DNA from: Octopus bimaculoides | Taxonomy: Eukaryota | Length of the DNA stretch: 64,000 nucleotides | Direction: 5' to 3' | NCBI RefSeq assembly: GCF_001194135.2 | Contig: NC_068982.1 | Span: 113,588,044 to 113,652,043, forward strand | Shown: piece after piece, positions 11,901-24,150 of the stretch | Layout of the letters: every line of letters begins with the position of its first letter | How positions within the stretch are numbered: position 1 is the stretch's first letter | The notes under the pieces: generated by a model | The model's input: only the letters and a program-made list of their open reading frames with translations | The model's database searches: none | What the model was told of the DNA's origin: nothing | Translations under genes and position numbers: made by a program

Positions 11901-12402
11901 TTAACCCTTTTGTTACCAAATTTCTGGTGAAATACACTGTTTTTCATGATCATCATCATCATCATCATCATCATCGTCATCATCATCATCGCCATCATCA
12001 TCATCGTCATCATCATCACCATCACCATTATCATCATCAGCATCATTTTTTAACATCAATTTTCCATCATGCTAGAATCGGTTGTGCTGTTTGACCAGAG
12101 CTGGCAAGCAGGAGAGCTACACCAGGTTCCCGTCTGATTTTGCTTGGTTTCTATGAATAGATGCCCTTCCTAATGCCAACCACTTTACAGTGTGTGCTGA
12201 GTGCTTTTAATGTGACACCACCTTTGTTGCAATTAATTTTGAAGTTAATGAAGAATTTAGTAAAATACTTTTGTCAATATTAGCTGGTGTTTGGAACATA
12301 ACAAAATTTTGATGAAAGGTTTTCATTTAGATTCTTTTAAAATGGGATATGTGTATCAAAGAATCAAGGGTGGTCTTAAGCAGATTAGTATCAAAAGGGC
12401 TA
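11901..12402 (+). mobile_element. TTAA-terminated MITE interrupted by a family C SINE (~11946-12225)
   Basis: Left end ttaacccttttgttacc and right end gtatcaaaagggctaa. Nested (CAT)n-tailed SINE. Confidence 0.7.
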
Positions 12403-13014
12403 AAGTATTCTTCAGAGAGTGTATATAAAAGTAAAGTCAGTGCAGACATATTGGAAGTAACAGGCCAAGAAATATGAATCAATTAAAACTACATCTTCAG
12501 TAATGAGGATAGAGGAAAAAAATTATCATCTTAATGATTAATCCTGGTCAAGAAAGAGAAGGGAAACAACTCTAGAATTTAAGTTATTTAAAACTGATCG
12601 TACAAGAAGAGGAGATTATGGTGTGGGGGAAGGTTATAAGTTGAAGTAGTGTAGGTTGTATTGCTTGTATTTGTGTCAATTGTTCTATAAATTTTAACTC
12701 TCAGGCAGAACTATAACACAAGATTAGCCATTCAAATACAGCAGCTGTATTATGATTTAGTCTACACACTCTTTCATGCAATCTGCACCATTTAGTACAA
12801 ATCTAGAATACAATACATTGACAATTAGAGGATAGTTGAGTTCTTTTACCAATCCAGTTTGTTTGTAAATGGTTGAGAGACCAGACAGTGGCTATAAGGT
12901 ACTTCTGTCTAGTTTCTAAACTCATTCAGTGTAACAGCCAAATTTTCATTAACAAACTTCCATTTGTCTTTAGTAATAAAGACTATGGATTGCAACATAC
13001 AACATGCTGCTTAC

Positions 13015-13400
13015 CTTTTATCTTTTACTTGTTTCAGTCATTGGACTGCAGCCATGCTGGGACACAGCTTTGAAGGGTTTTAATAAAATAAAATGGCTCC
13101 AGTACTTTTTTTTCCCTAAAGTCTGATACTTATTCTATCAGTCACTTTTGCACCAAACAGCTAAATTATGGTGACAAAAACAAACCAACACCAGTTGTGA
13201 AGTGGTGAGGGAAACAGACACAAACACACACACACACGCATAGACACTCATATTCATACAATTGTCTTCTTTCAGTTTCCATCTGCCAAGGTTTTGGTTG
13301 GCCCAGGGCTATAGTAGAAGACCCTTTCCCAAAGTCATACAGTGGGACTGAACTTGAGACCATGTGGCTGGGAAGTAAACCTTTTACTACATTGGCAATG
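13015..13400 (-). mobile_element. SINE family A
   Basis: Colinear with the other family A copies; CpG-decayed. Confidence 0.85.
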
Positions 13401-13454
13401 TCTGTGCCTAATCTTTGACTTAAGACTTCTTTAGGAATGAATTCAGTAACATTG

Positions 13455-13670
13455 GTTTCAAATTTTGGTACAAGGCCAGCAGGCTGGAGGGATGGGCTAA
13501 GTCAGTTAGATTGACCTCAGTGTTCAGTTGGTAATTATTTCATTGACCCCAAAAGGATGAAAAACAAAGGTGACCTCAGCAGAGTTTGAACCCAGAATGT
13601 AAAAATGGATGAAATGCTGCTAAGCATTTTGCCTGACATGCTAACAATTCTTCCAGCTCAATGCCTTAAT
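13455..13670 (-). mobile_element. SINE family B
   Basis: Colinear with 7255-7494; CpG-decayed (ggtgacctcagcagag versus gtcgacctcggcggaa). Confidence 0.85.
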
Positions 13671-14991
13671 GAAACCTATACTATTGATTAATAGATCGTG
13701 TTTGCACTTTTACTAGTTCCACCCAGTGGGTTGTGAACAAGCTGGGGTTGGTTAACATAATTTCAAACATATGGAAATTGAAAAATACATTTTTAAAGAA
13801 TATTTCTTTGTGATTTTATGAAGTATTGAATGTATGATGTGTAAGATCTGCAGGAGAGGAGATATAGGAAACTGTGTCATTCATGAGTTTCCCATAGTTC
13901 AGAGTAATGTGCAACAGATCCAATGCAAAGTCAAAGCCAGGCATACTTCACAAAATACTTACCATTTTGATGCAGCAGCTGCCTCTGACACAGAATAATA
14001 ATTACTACAGCACAATGCACAGTTTCCTATAAGTTTACCATTATTATTACAGTTGGGAATTTAAGTCATATTCCTTCACAAAATTATCTGCAAAATCAGT
14101 AGTTAATGGGAAAGAAATAAAGAATTTCATTTTCATACAAAAGCAAAAATAGAATTGTTCAGTACTGCTCTGTGTAGTTTTATTGAATCTGCACAAAATT
14201 CCTTCAAAAGTGAAAAAAAAAACACCCATGAAAATTATGTTATTTAAATTAATTATTTAAAAAAAAAACGGCTCGTGTTATCAAAACTAGATTTTACAAG
14301 TGCATGTCAAGATAAAAATTGAAAAAGTTGATTTAAGCAAACATTTGTCAATTTATTTGAATGCTTGATCAAACTTTTTTTACTAAATGCACAAATATAA
14401 ACAAAAAAATTAAACAAGTTGATACAGAGACATTTGAATATGATTTAAACTCTAATCTCCATTTTCCATGGTTACACAATAAAGGAAGGACTTTTCTAAC
14501 ATGAAGTTCCTTGACAACACCCAGTAAGTCATCAATAAATAAAGGAAGTAAAATGCTATATATGTAAATAAGAGAATATAAAGGATTCCTGGCACTGAAT
14601 TGGCATTGAATCTCCTGAACAAATTCATGCAACATTCCAATTTATCCTTGCAAAAATAATTTATTTTCTATTAAATCAAGGACATGTTTGCAAAGTGCAA
14701 CAAATACACTTTACAGTTATAAATGCATGTGTGTGTATGTGTGTGTGTGTGGTGGTNNNNNNNNNNNNNNNNNNNNNNNNNNNNNNNNNNNNNNNNNNNN
14801 NNNNNNNNNNNNNNNNNNNNNNNNNNNNNNNNNNNNNNNNNNNNNNNNNNNNNNNNNNNNNNNNNNNNNNNNNNNNNNNNNNNNNNNNNNNNNNNNNNNN
14901 NNNNNNNNNNNNNNNNNNNNNNNNNNNNNNNNNNNNNNNNNNNNNNNNNNNNNNNNNNNNNNNNNNNNNNNNNNNNNNNNNNNNNNNNNNN

Positions 14992-15322
14992 AATTTATTA
15001 TCTGTAAAAATCAAACAGTCCCTTACAACTGTTTCAGTTAAGCCTAAAAGATTAAACACCAATTATTAAAATCATTATATTAGGCAAAATCTTTTCAGAG
15101 AGATAGAAAAAAGATATACCATTAGGTCTTTATGAGTTGTATTTTAGAATCTAAAATATAACGCATAACAATAAAACACATAAAAAAACCCTAACAGTAT
15201 ATCTTTTTTCTACCCCTCTGAAGAGATTTTGCCTAATATAATGATTTTAATAATTGCTATTTAATCTTAGGCTTAATTGAAACAGTTGTAAGGGACTGTT
15301 TGATTTTTACAGATAATAAATT
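14992..15322. repeat. Fold-back inverted repeat (arms ~128/126 bp, 77-nt spacer), MITE-like
   Basis: 14992-15119 is the reverse complement of 15197-15322 at roughly 93% identity by eye. Confidence 0.92.
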
Positions 15323-15499
15323 CTTATCAAATGCTATATCTCCATTTTCTTACTTTCTTTTGAATGATTATAAATCATGGTTTATATATAAACCTATTGT
15401 TTCATGAATATTATTATTCACAACAAATATTAGGTATTGAACTAGTAATTCATTGGATGATACCATCCCCTAATGAGGCTAATTTAACCTCTAATTGAA

Positions 15500-15534
<35 letters not shown>

Positions 15535-16648
15535 CATCATCATCGTTTAACGTCCGCTTTCCATGCTAGCATGGGTTGGACAAACCCACTTCAAGAATTG
15601 CAAACCATTATAAGCCATGATTTTCTAAATTTATAAAGAATGAATTGGATGTTGTTTGAGTTCTTGTGCTCTACTGGTCTCATATACATATTTACAAATG
15701 AACCAATTACAAAGATATATTTTACAAAGAGAGAATTCTTTCAGAGCATTCAACTGACAAGAAATAGCAACCAAGCTCATTCAAATCATACCCCATATGT
15801 ACTTTTTTTTTTATTTTATTTTATTTATTTTTTATTAAAGGTTACATTGACTAAAATAGTCTCTTGTATATTAAAAGAAAGGATGGCCAAGGCTGGAATG
15901 CCTTCGATCATAGGTTTATTAAATAAAAGGTGACCTGGTATTAAAGAACAAACAAACAATACATTAATGCTACAGATATTTTACTAAAGCCTCCAAAATT
16001 TTGATTATATTGAAAATTATTTGAAAATACACGGACCACTTACTCATTAGAAATTATAGTTGTGAAAGTATTAAGTTTATCTTATAATGTCTGTACACTT
16101 TGTTTCCTTAAATATGATATACCTCTGTATAAAATGGCATTGAAATGAGCTACCGAGGAAGCCAATATGCATAGCTCAACAAGCTAAAGATAGCACTGGA
16201 GGCATCCTCAAATCTCACCCTATTATCTTAAAAACAGATAAAAGACATCTCAAACAAAAAAAAAACAAGATACAATGGTCCAGACTGGAACAGCTTTGAT
16301 CATAACATCAGTTAGACCTGACTTTGAGCTAAACAAAATGCAATATGGAAAATAACTAACTTGAACGTACTAAGCAAATAATTTTTTGGAAAATTACCAA
16401 CATTTAAAAATTGGAAGTTTTATTTACAAAATACTTTAATTTGGAAGCTCATAATTCTTTCTATAGAGAGTAGGTGTTTGACACTTGGACAATTTGGCTA
16501 ATAAGTAGAATTCTATTATAAAGTAAGATTAGATTTGTAAATTAAGGATTAAGATCGATTATTTAAGTACTTCAAGTGATTCGTAGAAAATTAATATAAA
16601 ATTCCAAGTACTGATGACTAATTACATGACCTTTCATGAACAATTAAA

Positions 16649-16682
16649 TTAGGGTTAGGGTTAGGGTTAGGGTTAGGGTTAG
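16649..16682 (+). repeat. Interstitial (TTAGGG)5 telomere-type repeat
   Basis: Five perfect ttaggg units plus ttag. Confidence 0.95.
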
Positions 16683-16929
16683 TTAAATCAATGGTGAGCA
16701 AACCTTGAAACCTGGTTTTGGTGGTGGTGGGGGGTTGCTGTTGTTGGTTAGTCCATGGTTAGCTCCTGATGAGAAGCTCTACGATTCTTAAAGGCATCCT
16801 TGCTGTGATTATCCTGTCTTTTTTTTTCTCTAGGCATAGCAAACCCAGGATAATATTTTCCAAAGTGTTATTTTATGTACTTTCCATGCTGATACGGGTA
16901 GAATAGTTAGACAGGATCCAACAAGTTGG

Positions 16930-17420
16930 AGGACCATGTCATGCTCCAGTGTCTCAGTTTTAACACTGTCTAACGCCAACTATTTTGCAGGGTGTACTGG
17001 ATGCTATTTTTATAATACTAGTGAGATTACCTTGAAACATAAAGTTAAAGAGCTCTTTGCTTGGAAAGGAGAATTGGAGAAAGAGCAGTCGCTTCATGCA
17101 ATGTATGAAAAATCAATGCAAAATGAGAAGAATAGGAACAGGCTTGTTGTTAGAAAGATTCTTGGCTACTTCTCATTTTACATGGATAGGCAAGGGTGGC
17201 TGGAGTAGCGCCATAAAGAGAGATATATGTAATAATGTTGATGAGATGCTAGAACATACCATGAAGGTAATATGTCCAAGATGTATAGAGGAGGTGAAAG
17301 TAGTGAATGGTGAACAGGAGTAGGGGTGACTGGTAGTAAATATGAGTATGAAGATAAGAATGATGGACAGATGTCACTTGAGAAAATTGTGAGTAGCTCA
17401 GAGGAGAGGGAGTAGTGACT
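16930..17420 (-). mobile_element. Highly decayed CR1-like LINE 3' region
   Basis: The minus-strand peptide LLPVTPTPVHHSLLSPPLYILD...LSLWRYSSHP weakly resembles the CR1 ORF2 C-terminus. Confidence 0.35.
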
Positions 17421-17904
17421 GGCAGTACAAAAATGGGGATATGATATGATATGATTTGTAGAAATAGGTTCTAATTTCATTACTTACATCAGAATAATAT
17501 AGTTGATAGGAGAGTGATGCAGGGGTTAAGTGATAGGAAATGAGACGTGGGGTTAAATGTTGCAAGAGTATGGTGTGGGGGAATGAGAGATGCATAGAAC
17601 AGAGTGAGATTAGACAATGATAAAAATTATGGTAAATACTGGTGGTGGTGGGGGGGTTCAATGGTAAGAATGAGGTATGGGTGATGAAAGGAAAGGACTC
17701 AAAAAGAATCCCAATTATCTAAGTGGAAGGAAAGGGAAGAGAGAAAGTAAAAAAAAAAACAGCGATTCTAGATTTCACAAGAATGCTAGGTAAAGGATCC
17801 AGTTGTATGCACAGTGTGCAAACACATGCTTCCACAACTTCAGTTGTGTGCATACACATTATGCTTTCAGAATTTCATTTATGCCATGTAAGCATCGCGG
17901 AGTG

Positions 17905-18590
17905 AGTCTTTTCAGGACTGCATATTACCAATCTTTTCAGTTTCTTATTATCCCCACCATACTTGACATCCTGGGATCAGTCATCAAACCTCATCTCAGA
18001 TTTTCCTTAGTCTCACTCTTCCATCAGTTCTGTCATTCTGGCAATTCTTTATAAAACAAATCTCATCCATATACAATCTTATCCATATGCAACAGCCAAA
18101 CCAATACAGTCTTCTCCCATGCACACCACCTCTGATTCCTCTTATATCCATTTTTTTCTCTAAACACATTTGTATTTTGCCATTCATGCACACTGACATT
18201 GCATATCCAGTAAAGAATGTTTACTTCACATTTCACTAGTCTTTGTAGATCTCCTGTATTCAAGGTTCATGTTTTACTACCCACTGGCATTGCAGTTCTT
18301 ACACAGCCTTTATACAGCCTGCTTTTCATTCTGAAAGAAAAACCGTTTTTTTTCTTTTACCAACATTAGTTGCAGATCCCTAAACTTTCCCCAAATTGTT
18401 TTTACTCTGGCTACTATTGCTAATTAGGTCACTTACCTAACAGAAAATATCTACCACCTCTAGGATCCCTCCTGAGCAATTGAAAACATTTACTTCTTAT
18501 ACACTCTTTGTATTTATCAATGCACATCTGTCACATACAAAATCTGCTTCCTCTGTTAACCTGCCCATGATTTCATTGTATCTCTAATGT
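17905..18590 (-). mobile_element. RTE-clade LINE RT/C-terminal fragment (pseudogenised)
   Basis: The minus strand reads GSLEVVDIFC.....NGFSFRMKSRLYKACVRTAM...DLQRLVKCEVNILYWICNVSV...IRGIRGGVHGRRLYWFG, the RTE LEVVxxFxYLG / RLYKxCVR / RRLxWFGH pattern with stops and frameshifts. Confidence 0.8.
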
Positions 18591-18670
18591 GTCCATTGTT
18601 TGCTTTCGGTACACCATGTGGAATTTCTAATGTACTCATATATTATTAATAATAATAATCATCATCATAA

Positions 18671-19011
18671 TCTTACTATAATGGGCATTATGTCTATCTG
18701 TCTGTCTGTTCCCTTTTCACAGTCAAATGGCTGGACCAATGATCACAATGTTTTTCAGGATTACAAAGGAGGTAATCAGGAAAGTTTTTAGAGTAAAAAA
18801 TGTGAAAAAGTATGATTATTTAGTAGATATTGACTCTTGTATTAATAAATCACCTTTGATGATCTTCTTTGTTTTTTTGTTAAAATTCTTGCGACGAGGA
18901 TTTACTCTGGATCCCTACCCCCACCCCCATCCCGTATAGTTCATGAACTTAGAGGGTTTAGATTTGTGATACTATCCCCTTATTTCTCATCATAGATGGG
19001 CAGATTTGCTG
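18671..19011 (+). mobile_element. Short non-autonomous Helitron-like element
   Basis: 5' a|TCttactataatg and 3' catagatgggcagatttgctg. Same termini as the adjacent longer copy. Confidence 0.7.
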
Positions 19012-20124
19012 TCTCACTATAATGAGCATTATGTCCATCTATCTGTCCGTCTGTCCATCTCTTTGTTCCCTCTCCTCGGTCAGACAGCTGGACCAATGGT
19101 TACGATATTTTGGGGGATTACAATGACAATTGTCAGGAAGGTTTTTAGCATTAAAAAATCAAAAAGTATGATTATTTTGTGGATATCAATTTTTGAATTG
19201 ATAAACCACTTTCACATTTTTATTAAAAATTCACTGACCACAAGTAACTCTGGATTTTCAATGTACAGTTGATACATAGATATGAATGGGGTCACGAGGA
19301 TGGTTAATAGCAAAAATAAAATGGAAAAAGTGTTTATCAGTATATAGTGCGTGTGATTATTTAGTAGTTATTGAAGTGTGTCAGTCTCAAGCTGGATTCA
19401 AAATGGCTAATTGAAGCAGCTGTTGTTTACATCTCAGTTTTGTCAATCAAAATAACCCATGGTACCAGAACATCTAGACATTATTTGCAAAGAACATGAG
19501 AAGTAAGTCTTAGTTTGATTTTTTGCAACCCTAAACATTCCCCTCATGCATTCACAGCAAACAAGGCACAGGGCAAGACTTTAGATCATGTAGGTGTATT
19601 TTTACTCACTCCAATGTTTACACACTACTCATAGGGACACTCATATGTCAATATGAGTAGAGTAATTTGAAAATTAATGTCAAGTAAATAGAAAATATTG
19701 TCTACAAAGAAGTTTTGTGATCATATTGATATTATCGAAAGGAATATGATTCATAATTTAAATAAGGAAATTTGTGAACTTTGAATGTATGAGAGTATAA
19801 ACAAGCGTAAATAGTGTAAACAACTAAAATAAAAGTATATCTGAGTAACATTTTTTCTTAATACTTTTTATGTAGTGGTCAAAGGAATCTCTGGCTTTCG
19901 TTAGGAGTGGTCCACATAACCATTCATGATATAGAGAACTATTTCAGTTCGGGATTGAATCATCATCACATGTCACTTAGTTGCAAACACATGTCATGTA
20001 GGTGTAAAAGAATGCTGTATCAACAACAATAATATGATTTCTCTAAGACATCACCCAGTAATCTATCAAGTCCATTTACCCTCACTCATTTTATGCTTCT
20101 ATCATAGATGGGTAGATTGGCTAG
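19012..20124 (+). mobile_element. Non-autonomous Helitron with PIF1-helicase remnant
   Basis: 5' TCtcactataatg and 3' catagatgggtagattggCTAG|t. ~19545-19665 encodes AFTANKAQGKTLDHVGVFLLTPMFTH...YVNMSRV (the TINKSQGQTL...YVALSRV motifs). Confidence 0.8.
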
Positions 20125-20149
20125 TAATAATAATAATGGTAATAATAAT

Positions 20150-20340
20150 AATAATTCTTTCTAATTTTGACACAAAGCCAGAAATTTTAAGGAATGGTTA
20201 AATCAATTACATTGACCACAGGGCTCAACAGGTTCTTATTTTATCAACTCCTAAAGGATGAAAGGCAGAGTTGATTTCAGCAAAATTTAAACGTGAAGAG
20301 TTGGAAGAAACTAATGATTTTGCCAGCTCACCTCCCTAAT
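20150..20340 (-). mobile_element. SINE family B (old)
   Basis: aaaggatgaaaggcagagttgatttcagcaaaattt...ttttgccagctcacc. Confidence 0.7.
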
Positions 20341-20379
20341 AATAATAACAACAACAATAATACTATTACATCAAATACA

Positions 20380-21065
20380 GAAAAGACAACACATCAGAAA
20401 GTTATAAGTGCAGAACTGTGGACAAAATAGTGAAACTGTATGGCATATTACCAGTTAATGTATGCCACTAGCCACAAAAGAATATAAGAGACATTATGAC
20501 AACATAGCAAGGATTGATTATTGGACACTTTGCAACAAGTATGGACTTGACAAAGTAAAAAAGTGGTATGAACATAAACCTGAAGGCTTCATCGAAAATG
20601 ATAATGCAAAGATCCTCTGGGATTTTATGATTCAGTGCGACCATGAGATAGAGAATAGGAAACTAAACATAGTGTTAATTGAGAAAGAAAACAAACTATG
20701 CTGGATCATAGACATAGAATGCCCAGCTGACAACAAGGTATGTGATAAAGAAGAAAGAAAAGTCAATAGATATGATAGGTTAGCTTTGGAGGTTAAGCAG
20801 CTGTGGTCGCTGAAAAAGGTAGTAGTAGTAGTAGCAATAACTGTTGGAGCCCTGAGAACAGTGAGTAAAAATCTTGAGCAGTATATGGAACAAATAGGGG
20901 CTGCAATAAGGGTGGAGCACTTGCAGAAAACAGCACTGCTAGGAACCGCTTAAATACTCCGGATGGTGCTCAAAAAATAAGGGGTGTTACCTTAGTTCAC
21001 TGGTAGTGAACAGCTGACACCGTAGTGAATTTCCAGCGTTAGAAGCTGTGCAAAGGCAATAAATA
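20380..21065 (+). mobile_element. R4/Dong-type non-LTR retrotransposon 3' end (zinc knuckle + restriction-like endonuclease)
   Basis: CRNCGQNSETVWHITS*C (CCHC), RHYDNIA, KILWDF.IQCDHEIENRKLNIVLIEKENKLCWIIDIECPAD, KVNRY, VGALRT...LQKTALLGTA. Flanked by (AAT)n. Confidence 0.9.
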
Positions 21066-21079
21066 ATAATAGTAATAAT

Positions 21080-21297
21080 AATCCTTTCTACTATAGGTGC
21101 AAGGCCCAGAATTTTGTTGGAGGGGACTAGTTGATTACAACAACCCCAGTGTTTCACTGACACTTAATTTATTGACCTTGAAAGGATGAAAGTGAAGTCA
21201 GCTTCAGCGGAATTTGAACTCAGAACATCGAGACAGACAAAATGCCGCTAAGCATTTCACCCAGAATGTTAACTATTCTGCCAGCTCGCCACCTTAA
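21080..21297 (-). mobile_element. SINE family B
   Basis: Colinear with 7522-7728. Confidence 0.88.
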
Positions 21298-21310
21298 TAA
21301 TAATAATAAT

Positions 21311-21359
<49 letters not shown>

Positions 21360-21388
21360 GCAACAACAACAACAACAGCAACAACAAC

Positions 21389-21753
21389 AACAAGAGCACT
21401 CAGAAAGCACAACCTCCACTAAGGCAACACCAATGTCCTCTCAACAATTAGTCAGAAATGCTTTTTAAAATGAGAATATCTGAAATAAACTTGACCTCTC
21501 TCACAAATGAGAATACTAAAAATGAACTCGACCGCTCTCAAAAATTAAGTGAAAAAAAACAGAAAAATAATCCAGAATCCTTGTCTGGAACTGGATTGAT
21601 CCCAAAATCTAATCAGTTTGTGTCAGTCATGAGGCCAAACATCTCTGAGAGTTTCATCTGAATCCATCCAGCAGTTCTTGAGATATCTTATCCACAGACA
21701 AACAAACAAATCTGACTGAAAACAATACCTCCACTTTCACTAAGGTGGAGGTA
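21389..21753 (+). mobile_element. DINE-1/HINE-like (Helentron-associated) non-autonomous element
   Basis: Starts aacaagagc. Subterminal acctccac at 21412-21419. 3' hairpin acctccac(21727-21734)/gtggaggt(21745-21752). Sits in (AAC)n/(AAT)n. Confidence 0.65.
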
Positions 21754-21762
21754 ATAGTAGTA

Positions 21763-21811
<49 letters not shown>

Positions 21812-21813
<2 letters not shown>

Positions 21814-24150
21814 TGACCCACAATTAAAAAAAGACCAACTAAATTGACAAGATGATTATAAGAAACTGCAAGAGAAGGTGAACTAGTTTAGCAAAGGGGT
21901 AGATTGACAACAAAAATGCATATGACAAAGTCCCCAACTCATGGATTTTCAACACATTCAATTGCTCAACTGCAAATAACATCTTTGAACTGATATGAAT
22001 AAGCATGGAAAATTGGGAAACAAAACTAACAACTGGAGGACACCCTTTTGGAAAAGTCAAAATAGACCAAAGTATCTTCCAAGATGACAGCCTGTCACTT
22101 CTACTGTTTGTGATTGCACTTATCTCACACTACCTAGAATTAGGATGAAAAGTAAAAATTGGATATATCCAAAGAAAAGACCAAGAAATAGTTAACTAGT
22201 TCCTATTTAAGGTTCAACTAAAGCTATATGGCAAAATCGAGAGGGAATTAGAAACCCTCGTCAGTACTGTGAGAGTGTTTAACAATGACATCAGAATGGA
22301 ATTTGGCATTTCCAAACGTGGAATCCTTGTGATAAAGAAGTAGAAATAGCATAAAAGTGATAAATGAATATACTAAAAAGAAATGAGAGATTGATATGGG
22401 TCATGGATACAGATACCTGCAAGTCATGGAAACTAATAGTATAAAGGATGAAACAATAAAAGATAGTCAGGAAAGAATATTTCCGAAGGATAAAGAAAAT
22501 ACAAAAAATTCAAATTCAATAGCATAAATACAGTGGTACACTTCCATAAACTCATGAGCCACATTCATCATCAGGTACAGTATCAGAATAGTCAGCTGGA
22601 CAATGGAAGACCTTAAGAATGTAAATAGAAAAACAGGGAAATTGTTGACAATCAACAGGGCTTTACACCCTCAAGTATATGTTGACCGATTTTATTTCAA
22701 TCGATAATTGTAGAAAACTTGTGGAAGTAGAAATAGAGAAGTGAAGAAAGTGTGTTGCTGAGAGTGAAGAAATGCTTTTGAAATAGAATTAAGAAGAGGG
22801 GATATTTTATCTGAAGGAACAGAAAAAAGTAAAACTCTAGAAAACAACAATACAGATTGAAAGATTTACATGGAAAGATTATTTTTAAAACATTTTTCAA
22901 ACTTTGGTAGCAGAAGTAATTTCAGTGACTAAGTCATTTTTCAGTGACCAAGTTATCTTGGTTCTAACTGTGCAGGATCAAATATATCAGGAAGGACATA
23001 GATAAGAAAGACACTTGGCTGGATGTAAAATGTGTGGTGAAGAGAAGAGACAGTTCTGCATATAGTCTCTGAACATAAAATATCGGCTCAGAGAGTATGT
23101 AAGAATTGAAGACCTGGCATTGTTGTTGGAATTATACATTGGCAAAATTGTAAAAAAAAGTTATGGATTTGAAGGTATAGGAAAATAATACGGCCATAAA
23201 ACAGAACATCATCATCATCATCATCGTTTAACGTCCGCTTTCCATGCTAGCATGGGTTGGACGATTTGACTGAGGACTGGTGAAACCAGATGGCTACACC
23301 AGGCTCCAATCTGATTTGGCAGAGTTTCTACAGCTGGATGCCCTTCCTAACACCAACCACTCAGAGAGTGTAGTGGGTGCTTTTACGTGCCACCGGCACG
23401 AAGGCCAGTCAGGCAGTACTGGCAACAGCCATGCTCAAAATGGTGTATTTTATGTGCCACCCGCACAAGAGCCAGTCCAGAGGCACTGGCAATGATCTCG
23501 CTCGAAAGTCCTTACACATGCCATGGGCACAAGTACCAGAAAGGCAATGCTGGGCACAGGTGCCATCCCGATGTCCTTGAAAATTTCCAATTAAAAGTAC
23601 AATGGGATATGAAGCTTCAAAAGGGTTAAACAAATATAACTTTCATGGCCAGATATTCTCATACTCAATAAAGAGAAAAGAGTGTGTTGCTTAATGGATG
23701 CAGTGTGGACATCTCGTGTAAGAGTAGGAGAAAAAATGTGAGAAAATAGGTATATAGCAGGGATTAAAATACAAACTTCAAAGAATTTGGAGCTGCTGCA
23801 AAGTTAAGATTGTCCCAATTGTAAATGGAGCCTCAGTTCCAAATGATGAGAAAGTCAATATGAGAAGTATAGAGAAAATACCAGGACCTAGACATTGAGT
23901 TACAGAGACTATGGAAAGTGTGAGTAAAATGTATCCCTGTAGTTATAGGTGCATTAGGAACTATCCCTAAAGATTTGAACAAATGGATAGAGGAAATAAG
24001 CATAAAAGCTAGTTCAGTGCAGCTCCAGAAAACAGTGTTATCGGGAATAGCTAGGTTACTTGGGAATGTTCTTGGTATCTAAGGTTACTTGTTGTTGCTA
24101 AATGTTAGGAATCTTTCTTTTCCAACATAAACTCTTGTGCATATATGAAA
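21812..24150 (+). mobile_element. R4/Dong-type LINE, decayed RT through endonuclease, interrupted by a SINE
   Basis: IDNKNAYDKVPNSWI, IFQDDSLSLLLFVIAL (GIFQGDSLSPLLF-like), LKLYGK, FGISKRG, VLENFQLKVQWD. Begins right after (TAA)n at 21755-21812; many stops. Confidence 0.8.
23205..23570 (-). mobile_element. SINE family C with (ATG)n tail, young
   Basis: catcatcgtttaacgtccgctttccatgctagcatgggttggacg... Other copies at ~11950-12225, 15537-15580 (stub), 28270-28500, 30420-30640, 30985-31220, 34990-35155, 37860-38152, 39895-40230. Confidence 0.85.

Noticed and set aside
14050-14460. Similar words EYDLNSQL (minus) and EYDLNSNL (plus)
   Set aside because: Only ~23 bp of AT-rich similarity, compatible with chance.
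16765-16800. ctgatgag motif suggesting a hammerhead core
   Set aside because: No GAAA box or stems. The segment is a decayed copy of an interspersed repeat also seen near 15880, 16270 and 29170.
18426-18470. Strong minus-strand donor (ag|gtaagt) with a 35-nt candidate exon
   Set aside because: It lies within the RTE LINE fragment (the LEVVDxFCYLG region).
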